From Phoronis australis (taxonomy: Eukaryota; Animalia; Phoronida): a DNA stretch of 64,000 nt. The position numbers and the translations under genes were made by a program. The stretch spans positions 322,686 to 386,685 of the forward strand of contig NMRA01000097.1 in NCBI GenBank assembly GCA_002633005.1, written 5' to 3'. This document shows positions 1 to 12,300 of the stretch, piece by piece. The notes under the pieces are model-generated. The model had not been told where the DNA came from and did not search any database. It worked only from the letters and a program-made list of their open reading frames with translations. Each line of letters opens with the position of its first letter. The stretch's first letter is position 1.

Positions 1-755
1 GTCGTGCACATCAGCCCAAAACAGAGAAGAGAACTGACAAATTCTCCTCTTCCTTTGCACCAGCAAAAATTTGTTCTGTTTGCTGGTATCAAAATTCTAA
101 AACTCTTTTATGTACTGAAATCAACTCCGATAATTTGTTGTGAAGTGTACGCAACCTGGTGAAAGAAAAACATTTGATTAAAGAATCGACGAAAAAGAAA
201 CTGGTTAATAGGTGACGCAATATTTCACGGTGCCGAAAGCAGACGCAACTATCGTACCACAATTTTAGCAGCAGATTAACAGTAGATTACTAATTTCTCC
301 AACACATTTAAGGATTTAGTTTACTCAAGGAAAAGTGTAGTTTTTTAGTGACACTAATTTTGTGTCAGATTTTATCTGGTCAGTTCCGTACCCACATCAG
401 CGCAAAACAGTATGTTTAGTATGCAGATTTGCTCTAAGTCACAGTGGCATGAAGCTGTATTCTGAAAAATGTTTTCATGCAGCTAGCTGGCTAGCTACTC
501 CACTGCATAAAGTTAAACCAATATCTTAGATCTAAATGCAGAATCAGCTATCATTATCGGCATAAATTAAGACAATCATTTAACCTAACATTGGTCAAAT
601 CAATTAACCTCTTTCGCCAGGAATTTCCGACGGTAACAAATACTGCAAACACTTCCTATGTATCAGAATTGAGCAAAACAGACTCACCTATCAACATAAT
701 TGATGTAAGATATGTTTACGTTTGGCCTACCATTGATTGAATGAACGCTCAATAA

Positions 756-3700
756 CCCTTACAAAAGTGAACTTAAGTTTTTCGCTGGAAACTTAAGTTT
801 TTGGCTATTTTGACTGATTTGCTCAGGTTTGTCAGGATGGTCTAGGTTATTGAATGCGAAAGGACATTCCGAATCAGATCCCATTACTAGTACCCTATCT
901 GGAATACCCCCCCCCCCNNNNNNCCCCCGGCATAGGTCACAATGTATCCAAGTGAACTCTCACCAGTCAAGATGTTAACTATTGTTTTGCACAGTGAAAC
1001 TTGCATAATTCCTATCTAATTGCACCAAATAATTCAATGCAAACAAGAAAAATCTGTATGATTTGTGGTGGGGCGGTCATGTCTTAGGTGCACCAGTCCC
1101 ATTTTCTGGTGCGGCGGTCCCATTTGATCCCCGGAGGTCCTGTTTAGAGGACTAGCGGTCATGTTGTTTCTCACCTGTGAAAACCCTACTCTGCCCAACT
1201 CAAAATCCTACATCCGCCCGACCGCCCCTGATCTTTACATGGATAACATTCCCTGTAAATGGGTTATGTCTGCATTCTTAAGAAGCTATCACATACTGTT
1301 ATGTTTGCTAATATCTCATTGTTTTCAGGTCTCCATTAACTTGGCGGAGTACTTGGCAGAACTGGACATCCAAACATTTGCATCGAAACACTCACCCAGG
1401 GGTGGTATTGGGCTGTTAACACCCACGTGGCAGGTAGAGCTTCATATGTTTCATTGTTGAGTTAAAAATAGTGCCGCTATCAGGGTTTGAATTTGAAACA
1501 ATATGAAATATGTCCTTGGTTTAGCCAATGGGCTTATAATCTTTAATAAGCTCACTGATTCTTGTAGCCATTTGGTCAAGTCAATGTAAAGCTTCTTGGT
1601 TTTGCTATAAGTTTCAAAAAGTACACGCGCAAGTATACATGTGAGATTAAACTTTCAGTTCTAACCCTGGTTGTGCCGGCTAAATGTCCATGAATCATCA
1701 GTAAGAAGTTCTATGCTGGCTGGAGACTTCTAGTTAGAATACAACTAGCTTTGCTCATTATGTAGAGTTGTGCATTTTCTTATCAGATTAACGAATTAAA
1801 CAATGAAAAGTTCATAAAATAATGGGAATTTAAGTTTATTGCAGTTGCCAACAGTTTCATCATTTGATAAAAATATTAATTAATTTGTCATAGAACTTGA
1901 ACTAAAAAGTTACAGAACACGATTCCTGGTTAGCCTGAAGTCCAACTTTTATTAACACATTAAGTTTTGTCATATGCACGGTTTGATCTCCATTGTGATA
2001 GCATAATAGGTGACCATGTGCATGTTTTGTATTCAAGTTGTATAGAATAAATTTGTTTTGAATGTCGCGAATCCAGGATTAAAACTTCATTCAAAACAGT
2101 ATGTGGAAAACTGACCCACTGCAGTGCATGCTTGAAGTAAACTTGCAGACTAGTCTTGCACTTGAATTCTGGAGAGTGATTGGTTAAATTTTGAGTTTGA
2201 AGACTATTTTCTAGGCTCTGTATATAAGTCAGGAAGTTTTACAAATCAGTGTTGTATTAAGAGCACGGTAAATGTCCGGTAAGTTAAGTTGTCTTATACT
2301 GATAGCTTTTACCCGTCTATTATAATTTGTTGTCTTTACTGCAGAGTGTGCCTTCATCAATCGTTGAATAAGGAAGTCTACCCAGACAACACAACGTACG
2401 CACTTACGAACTGCAGCTCATGAACCTATGAATTCAGTTATCTGAGCTCAAAAACGCGCGTTTGTAGTCACAAAACATGGATTATTTGCCTGTGAAGCTA
2501 AGCGAGCAGATGCAGCTAAAGAAGATTAAGTGGCTTGTGGTCTACCATAGGGCCCTTTCACATTGACTTAACTCTTCTCTGAGCGGAGCATCGGCGCATA
2601 CTGCGAAGTTAACTGGACCGTTCATTCTGGCTTCGGTAGTTAATGAACTTCGAAGTAAACAGTAGGTGACGCTGTCGTGATCGAAGGTATCGCAAGGAAG
2701 CACTGCATGCTAAGATGTGACAACTTAAGAACATTTACATGTGTTAATTGACTTAAAACGTATTTTTAAATTGATTGGTGATTATTAGAGCAATGAATAA
2801 GCAACTACTAGCCATCACATTACTATGCAATTGTTAATGATAACAGTGGCCCCTGGCAATAACTTCGATAGGACCGAAGTTGATGGTTTATACTGCGTGG
2901 CAGCGTTGATGCTAGGCAATTAAATCCACCTGTTTAGTGCAAAGTTAACTGGTTCTGTTAACTTCCTTCTACTGACATTAACTCCCAAAAGCTTTGACGC
3001 GTCGATGTTATTAAATGAAAAAAATTATTTTTGTGGTCAAAGGTCTAAGTTTTCTAATTTCCATCTCGTATAACCAGGTTGTACTTAGGGTTACTTTTAG
3101 TGAAACTTGTTCGCACCATGGAGTGTATTGGATTTACTGTTATTATGATGGTCAACAAAACGAAACTTTGACTTTTAAATTGATATTTTAAAGGTTGAAA
3201 ACAATTATAGGTGATTCTATGCACTATTTCTAGCATAAGGATTGTACTTCCCAAAATCAGACCTGTGGCCATTGTCGATAAACTTTTAGTTACCTGTTAC
3301 GTTTTATGTTATGCTTTTGTCTCTGCGGATATTGTTGAATTTTGCATATTAACTGATTTGGTATTCTTGGTGTCATTGCTGTAATTTTAGTTGAAAAAGT
3401 TTCCTGTTGAAACGTAGACTTTTGTTGTATTCCTTCCTGGCTATGTAATCGCATTTTCTTTGGTTGTGTTTCATGATTTGGTAGTGATTTCTCCGTCTGT
3501 ACATTCCATTTTGCTCCCTCAGTTATCTCATAATTGTCATAGACTGAGAAGGATGCAAATGTGAATATATTATTAGCCTCATTTAGTTTTCACTACATTG
3601 TATGCATGACACTTGATGAACTGATTTTTGAAATGTTTCTGGTTTTGAAGATTTTGATATTTCTCTCATGTTCACTTATTTTAAGGAACTAGTGTATTTT

Positions 3701-4233
3701 AGGAAGTGCATTTTATTTTCTGCAATTAATCACTGTTAATGAAATGTTAATAGAACTCTAGTTTGTTAAATCTTGATGAGAATCATTAAATTTGTTACTG
3801 TACTCCACTCTTGTTTTAGTGAAAGTCGAAATTTTTGAATGCCTGTCCTATTGAAACATATTGCTTTTATAAAACTAGAGTTTTCAAAAGTTAGTTCGTT
3901 GAAAACTTATGTTCGGAAAACTTAGTTTTCAAAAACTCAAGTTTTGATGACCTATGTTTGTTACTAAAAACTTGTTCCCAAACTTAAGTATTTCAAAAAC
4001 TTAAGTTTCTTAAACTTAAGTTTTCCAAAACTTAAGTATTTTGGAACAAGTTTTTTGGAACGAAGTTAAGTTTTTGAAAACTTAAGTTATAAAAACTTAA
4101 GTTCGTTCCAAAAACTTGTTCCAAAATACTTAAGTTTTCGCCAAAAACTTAAGTTTTCGTGATTGAAAACTTAAGTTTTTCAGACCAAAAGCTTAAGTTT
4201 TTCGATGAAAACTTAAGTTCATTTTTGTAAGGG
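756..4233. mobile_element. Non-autonomous CACTA/EnSpm-like DNA transposon (CCC..GGG ends)
   Basis: TIRs CCCTTACAAAAGTGAACTTAAGTTT and AAACTTAAGTTCATTTTTGTAAGGG; 2-bp AA flanking duplication; dense subterminal AAACTTAAGTTT repeats at 770-802 and about 3870-4220; no intact transposase. Confidence 0.7.
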
Positions 4234-4237
4234 AACA

Positions 4238-5073
4238 GATTGTTCTAAAACCCCTCGTCCCCCACACTCCACGACCTCTCCATCCACAACCCCCGCGACC
4301 CACAACCCTTTCCACCCACGACCTTTGGCAATAGATTATCTTTGCGCTTTTTACACAGCTCATTATAATATAACGTCACTGAGTGGCTATCCCATGAGAC
4401 TTACCTACACGCGAATCTGCTCTAGCTCTAGTCTGTTGGTTAAAAACAGAAAGTGGCGTAAGAACATGACCTGAAATAGCGAATTCTAAGCGTCGTATCG
4501 TTATCACGGAAATACTTCCACGAACAGCTAACAATGGCCTGTTCTACTAAAATTAGAGAGAGAGAGTACATTAACGTGAATGGACACAATTTTACACTTC
4601 ATTATTTGGTTTCTGTTGTATACTCCTTTACAATATACTCCATGTAACGCTGCGATACATTTTAGTTAACATTCTGTTTTTGCAAAAGATATTTACTTAA
4701 TAAATAATATATTTTTCGGTTCCTGGCACTCTCCCAAAAACCTTGAATCTGCCTTTCACTAAAGAGAAGACGAGACCATTACAATTTGTCGGGAACGACA
4801 TTTGAAACGTTGGTAGTCCTTTGCTTTGATTGGAGGCATTGTTTTTTCTGTTTTTTATTGGCTTTCAAACTTGCCAAATAGACACTCTGGATTGCAAGAC
4901 AAACACGAAAAAGCCAACCGAGCTCACGGCCCGAAACGTTCTATGCTCAGATTGAGTTGAGGGGTTGTGGGCGATAGGTCGAGGGGTCGTAAGTCATGAA
5001 TAGAGGGGGGCTTTGGGTCGCGACGGTCGTAGGCTGTGGGGGTCGAGGGATACAAGTGGTTTTAGAACGATCC
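4238..5073. mobile_element. TIR element family B (MITE-like), copy 1
   Basis: Ends GATTGTTCTAAAACC and GGTTTTAGAACGATCC; C-rich left and G-rich right subterminal repeats; inverted copy at 24532-25240. Confidence 0.7.
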
Positions 5074-5974
5074 TTCAATAACATCTTCATCATCGACACT
5101 TGGTTTAAATGATTGGAGTTTGTTTAAAAAGTCGTAAATGGTGACCCACACTATTGTATATATGGTGAAAAAGGTCATTTGACTGTTGATGATATTCTAG
5201 GTGTTGGTAGAGCATCATCTGCAAAGCACAGAATCCGTGGTCTAACAATATACTGTTGGTACGAAAGAGTATGGCAATCTGAGCATACGTGTAGATTGAT
5301 CTTCTCCGGCTGAATGCTCACTGCACCGCAGGTTGGGCGCCATAAGATGTAATATATTCAGGCGAGAAAAAACCCGATAGTAACTTTAATGTCGTCGAAG
5401 CTACTTAACGCCATTGTGACAAGTGTGATATTACTGAACGTCAAGTCAAATCTTTAACTCTAAAGCAATGACCTGCATGTACATGTAAATGTACATACCT
5501 CCCAAACTAATTGGCGCGATTCTCTCAAAAAAACTACGCTCTCTGTGAACACGTGAAAAGACTAAAATCGCTACATAATCACATAAAAACCAAACAGAAA
5601 CACAGTCAAAATTGTGCAGGGTTAAAACATTGGGCAACAATCAGAGTTACAAACAATGACCCGCCGTTCAAAATCGGAAAAACAAAAAAATCCTTCATTT
5701 TAATTGAATAAATAAACCAAATCACAACAGCGTATATAGAACACAAGGCAATTACAAAAAAGAAAATATACAACTATCACATATGCTTAATAACGTACAT
5801 GTACAGTGCATTCCGTCAAGATTACGTAAGTTTTCACGAAATTTCGATGTTAAACCAATTGCTCGATCCCACAGTCTAATTTTCACCGGCAAAGTTTTGC
5901 GTTATGCAATGAGCCTTGGTAGGTTTTGTATCTCATTTCTCGCAAAGAGTGTACTTATACGAATACCATCAAAG

Positions 5975-6023
5975 TTTATTAGTAAAGACAGCGAAAATTG
6001 CGAGTACATACCCGAAATTTATT
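5975..6023 (-). terminator. Candidate polyadenylation signals (AATAAA twice)
   Basis: TTTATT on the plus strand at 5975-5980 and 6018-6023, about 260-300 nt after the stop codon. Confidence 0.3.
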
Positions 6024-6281
6024 AATCGACCGAGCTCTATATTCACCTATTGTGTCCTCCTTAGTTTTGTCAGCTCTTACAAAATGAGAACAATTTCCCA
6101 GATTTTGGTCACAATTGGCAACTACAAAGACAATCCCAAAATAGGAAATCGTTTGAATATTAAAAAGGTAAAGAAACGTTTTTTGAATAACGCGCTCAAT
6201 TCTGTAGAGCACTGAAGCAACTCTTGCGTTTACGTGATCAAACAGTGTGGGTTGCGGTTAGAGCGAGTAAGCACACGTGTT

Positions 6282-6427
6282 CTAGTCTACAGGGAATACT
6301 TCGTTGGCCATCAGACGACTATTCGACTCGTAGCCGGTGTAAGCGTCGTTCTCGGTTTGTCCAGGACACGTCTGTACGTGCAGTTTAATGTTGTAGTCCG
6401 CTGCTGGAAGTTTGCAGTATCCGCCAA
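6282..6427 (-). CDS. Exon 12 (terminal): end of CTHRC1-like domain 3 with stop codon
   Basis: GGYCKLPAADYNIKLHVQTCPGQTENDAYTGYESNSRLMANEVFPVD*; ttacttacag acceptor, phase 1. Confidence 0.85.
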
Positions 6428-9278
6428 CTGTAAGTAAAGGGCACAAAATATATTCATACGAAACCGCGGACAATTTCATAAAAGTAGCTGTTCGCCTCGT
6501 AAGAAGGCTGTAACAGTTGAAAGTCATTTACCCAAACGCCCGAGCTGTTTCCAGTTGACGAAGACACCGGCAAAGTACACGCAACTGTCCGGTTATGGAA
6601 CGGGAACAGTAAATTCCAAGCCACAATTCAACATTCCAGTTTCATCGACCAGTTATCGAATTAACCTCTCACTTGCGTCATTTTATATAATGTTGCATGA
6701 CCTTGTTTTTCTGACTTTCTCGCCTCTAGGAACGCATCCTTGAGCTTGGCACTAGCTAGTACTGTAGGTACACTGTACATGTAACACTGTGATAATTTGG
6801 GGGTAAATATCATGACTTCTGAAGAAGCAATGGTATCGATGCCTCATTCAGGCAACTCAAAGTAAGGTTTCAATTTTCTGAAAGGTGTCCGTGACACCGT
6901 TTAGTCTTGATGACTACAATGTGAATGCAGCCGTTTGTATTCAAAAGGCAGGAAATGTCGCCATTGAACGCTTTGCACTATTTTATGGTCTCAAAATTTA
7001 TTTCCACTTGATATGTCTTAGGCTATGTGCAATTTTGTTACCGACGACTAGTCTAACTAGTCTCCCGTGAGAAATGACTGTCGTTGATACGCGGAGTGCA
7101 GGTTGGTCTCACGTGAAAGTGTCGTTTTCTAGAACACACTTACATAGTGAAACATGGTGTTGGTCATCGCCCACAATTTCCGTCCTGTGGAACAGACTTT
7201 GATAAACTACTGTTGAAATAGGTCCAGGCGTTGAACATTCGGCTCCGTTAAAGGTCAGGTACCATCGGGAACGTCCGGGGGTGGCGTTCTGTCGCAGATC
7301 TCCGTTGAACTGTACCGCTAGCAAACTCTGAGATGACTTTTTGGTGTATGTGGCCGACTGCAGATGACATGAAATAGAAAAGCCATAAGAACACATAGCT
7401 TAAGGTGCAGTAACGGGTGCATTGTGTTGCTCCTGTTTACAAATCATTGGCTAGCACTGGCTATCTGATATACGCAGTTTAAGCTCACTTTTAGGATTAT
7501 AATTTGGACACTGTTGCAGCATTTTTCTGTCTGTCAAATATTTTTTTTCAAAGGGACTTGACAGATTCTGGTGAAACTTCGCAGTATAGTACTTGTCCAA
7601 AGTTACGGTGAACATGACTTAACAGTGTTTCACGAAACATGACGCCGACATATATGGAGGGGATGAATCGCTTTTTGGTCAATTTTGACTGCAGTTCGAG
7701 GTGCACATTTATTTCCTGTCATGGTATGGACTTCAGTGCATAATAAATTTTAATTTTATGGTTTGGCACCCTGCTTGATAATTTGCTATAAAACTGTTGA
7801 ACGAAAAACTGTTCTTTTAAAGACATATTAAGCCCTACATGGTGGGTACTTCGGTAGTATGTGTATTACATTGGAAACCCCGTTACGCTCAGTGCCTATG
7901 TCGTTTGTTCACGTGTTGGTTTTGACACGGGTCTTAAAACATCAAGTCAGGAAATGAAGTGTCCTAATCTTAGTTACGTTTAAGTTGGCCATTTTTACAT
8001 ACCGATGTAGGCTGAATATGCCTTTAAGTAACTACTCATAAATAACACGTCTATGGTTTAAGAGAGATGAAAAGCATCGTAAAAATGCTACCCTAAATGG
8101 ATTGTGTATCCAATAGGCATCTTGGCTGCTTTGGGAGGGATACAAGGCAGGTTTACTGGACAGCAGGCGGGAATTCCATCTCTTACTGGTTGTCAGTCCC
8201 CTTCTCCTGTTGTACCCAGTTCCATTCAACACAACCCACACCCTATTCACTAAGCATTTCTGTTCCCATCAAACACGATTCCGGGGTGTCCAGTGCCTGG
8301 TTGCATGACACAGTCAGATAAGTGGCGACTCCGCCATGTTCCATAAATGAGTAGTTGTGTTTTCTACGTTGGATTCTCAAAATTATGCAACGCCCCTAAT
8401 TTAAGGACTGATTCCCTAAATGTTTTGACAGACTAGCGCGCAGTTTTTAGTTATATTATTAGAAAACGTCATAAGTTAAAAGAGGAAGTCGTCAGTAAAG
8501 ATAAAATGATAGAAAACTATAACAGCGGAGAGGAAAGAAAAAAACAAATTCGCAAAAGATTGAGACAACACAGTTGAGCACAGGCGGATCGATGGGGAAC
8601 CAAAGGGGTCCAGCCCCCTATTTTGCTTTGAGAATAGTGATATCATTTAGACCACGCTTTTAAAAAATCTTTAATCCGAACCCCCTCCCCTTTAAACAAA
8701 TCCCTGGATCTGCCTTTCTGAACCCGTGTCTGGATGGCGTAAGATGACTGTTTTTGAAAAATGGCGTACTGAACATTTGATGGCTGGGGGACGAGAGTCT
8801 GTTAATTTTTCACTTTTATTTTAAAACCAAGTTTGTGTGTTGAAAGTTTTAATTATTAATTGTTAATTAATTGATATCAACGCCTGGAATATTGAGGGGC
8901 AGAAAGCTACCTTTTGGTTGAGGGGCGCCAATCGTTTTTGCTTCTACCTCTTCGTCAGTTACCATATCTCAAGTTTATTACTTCCCTGGACCCCTTTACA
9001 AAAATCATTCAGGTTCTGTAGCTGCCGACCCTCCAATCACCTCTTTCACCAGCTCACCTCTGGTTACTGAGTCTCCCTCTTGCTTATGATATGTATTTCT
9101 CGTCATTTTTATTTTTGCTGCACAAATTTTTATTGATTTACTTTTTATTTGCCTAGGAAATTTTCCATTATATTGCTCATATTTTTTTCTCATTATTGTA
9201 AACAAAGACTTCTCACAATTTTGAATTTGACAAAATAAAATCGACCATGGCAATCGACGCCTCGCTTACTTCGTCGGT

Positions 9279-9331
<53 letters not shown>

Positions 9332-12300
9332 CACACACAAACGCTAAGTGTCGCCTCGGTCCAAGACACACTAATAGCGGTGGTCAACGTAAATAGTCCT
9401 GTAACGTCTTTGTCTTTTCCTTCGCTAGCGATAACCACTAAGTAGTTCAACTGACGCCACGTGAGTTAGGCAAGGACTAGCGCGAAACTGAGCGAAGCGC
9501 GTTACCTGGCGTGTGGCAGTTGCAAAATAGCATGGGAAGGTGTAGCTTTGGCGCAAAGCTTTATACTAATACACAACTTTGCTCTAATGTCGGCAGAAAA
9601 AACGACCAGATAAAAGCTGACACAAAATTAGTGTCATTAAAACTACGCGCTTCCTTCAGTACACTAAATTATTTATTGTTTTTGGAAAAATTGGCGTTTT
9701 ACCGTTCTTCTGTTGTTAAAATTGCTGTACGATCTTTTGCGTTGGCTTTCGGGGCAATGAATTATTGCGTCTCCTGTTGGCCAATTTCTTTTTCAACGAT
9801 TATTCAGTGCCGGGTTGCATGATAGAGTCCCATATAGGGACTAAGTTCCCTAAATCTTTCGCCTATTTGTGTCTTTGTTCACTCGCAGATATAATCTTTT
9901 TTATTATTTCATCCTAATTATGATCCCCTCTTTGACTAACGACATTTTCTAATAACATTAACTAAAAAGTGAGCCCTGAGTTCAATACAAATAAATAGGG
10001 ATTAAGTCTTTAATTAGGAGTTTTGCATGAAATGATCGCTCTAAATTTTCGGTAACATTGAGAACTCAGCGTCAAGTTCGCTCTGGATTTGTATCAAAGC
10101 CACAAATCGACTGAGTGATGATACTGAAAGAGCATCATAAAGGACAATCAGTGTTTTCACAAGTCCACAAATACGCCGTGGATTTAGGGAATTTAATTGA
10201 GTCCCTATTTGGGACTGTTTCATGCAACCAGCCACAGGAGTTTGGTGCACGTCACAACAAATTATCGGTGTTAGTTTTACTCCATACTAAGTTTTTAGCA
10301 TTCTAATGCCAAAAAAACAATTTCTGAACAAATTTTGCTGGTGTGAAGATGTCATCATCTCCCGAGAGATGTAGCAAAATTTAGTAAATGGCGCGTGCGA
10401 GTCTCAGGAGCGAAACTGTTTTCAAAACGGCGACATGCTCTTCTTTGTTACAGATAACGTGCCGGTTGACTCTCAGATTGTGCATGCATTTCCCATGTCT
10501 TTAGCTCTGCATGTTGATACTAGTTTTACGTCGAAGTGACGCACAGAGGTACCCTAGCTGTGTGCAAATTCGAGGTCTTTCGGTGCTCAACACCCAGTGT
10601 TACCTAGCTGCAATTTGACAATAGTCTTCATAAAATTAGCTGGCTGGCTAGGGGAGCTGAGGTGTAGTTTGTAAGATTTGTGTGCCTTGTACTTTTTGTT
10701 CATCAATAGGCGTAATTCCACGTAACTTCTCAAAATGGCAAGCGGATAGGGAAGCTCGAGCGAACTGCTAAAGATTTTCATTGATATGTTCAAGTTACGT
10801 TTGATTAATTATATCCACAGTCATGGTATATATTAATTAGAACTCCATGTGCATATATTTGTGTTCAATTCGATTTTATTCCCTTTATATTCATTAACTG
10901 TATGGGGGTGTACTATCGCCCTTGATGCCTGCGGCATTCAGGGCGATATACATTAATTGCGTAGTCGTGCTCAGGTTTACATGTACAACGCTACTCTTGT
11001 TTCAAAACTGCAGGTCTTATATTTTATTAACTAGGAAGGAAATGGCATGTGCGTTGCAGCACTTCTCTTTCAGAGATACACGCCAGATTATAACCAAAAT
11101 TTTTGAAGGATTGCAAAATGACATACACATTTTTGAGAAGTTCGTTACAATTAAACAGATAGCCGACCTGCTTGCGGGATTCTAAACATTCCTCGCCCCC
11201 CTCTCTGCTAAAGCAGCATTGGCAGTTGTAATAAAAGCAGGTTTCAACTAAAAACCATGCTTACTGTGTCAAAGTGGGATATTGTGATTCTTGGTGGGTG
11301 AGCTTTCCCCACAATTGTGGTGCAACTTGCCAGAAGCAGAGGTTAAACACTTACCGATATGCAGCAGCCTTACATGTATAGAGGACCTTTCAGAATTTGC
11401 TGGCTCCAAATGTTTGAGAGTTGACGGGGGTACAAAATCTGTGGGCCCTCGACTGTATAGGAAAATTTCGTGAGTACCTTCACCTGTCAATTTATTTTTC
11501 CTCTGTCATTGAGTAAAATACTTCTAATTCATTCTTTAAAAAGTTACCAAGATTTGAGTTAGACATTGCACATAAAAACGATGTTTTTATGGCTTAAACT
11601 ATCAAATATGTTGAACAGTAGAATGCCTTGTGACAGAAATTTTGACCAATCACAAACTGAGAAACCAATTTCTGGATCCCGTGGTAGACAGAAGTAATAC
11701 ATCTAAGTACTCAGGCAAAATACCGTTAAAACGGCTTAACCCAAGTTTCCTTCACTACATTTTAAAAATACTTTACTTGCTTAAGATGTTTCTTTAAATT
11801 GACATCTAACATTCAAATTAGTCCGGTAAGATGCATGCGACAGTCTTTTGCTCAATAATAACGCAGTGCACACGAACTCCGAATTTCACCATTTTTTCAA
11901 TTTCTCTAGCAAATTACACGAAGACGTCCAAATTAAAAGCGGCGACGTCTTACATTTGAAAAGTACACATTTGCATGAGGTGGGACTCATTAAGGTACCC
12001 AGGAAACACATTTAAGGTCCTACAACACAGGGCTCACTAACTAGGTAACATGGCATTACGTCGTTTTTAGGCAGTGGGCGAGATCTCGTAGCATTCATTG
12101 TTGTGAGTACTTTGGGGAACGACATATTTTTTTCTTTGCGGGTAGAGTATACACCCATAAATCAATTTCCAAAAAGTTCCCACGGCAACATTTGCATATT
12201 TTTTAAAAAAGGTCTTTTTAGTGCACGGAATATTATGCACACTCCGGCCACTTGGTTGCGCTTTTCTATTAAATTTACCAATCAAAGAGCCAGATTGTGT

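Noticed and set aside
3870-4220. AAACTTAAGTTT repeat cluster as a CRISPR array
   Set aside because: Units are short and irregular with no unique spacers, and they are subterminal repeats of a TIR element in eukaryotic DNA.
9193-9450. ORF with a CVCVCV run
   Set aside because: Translation of the (CA)n microsatellite.
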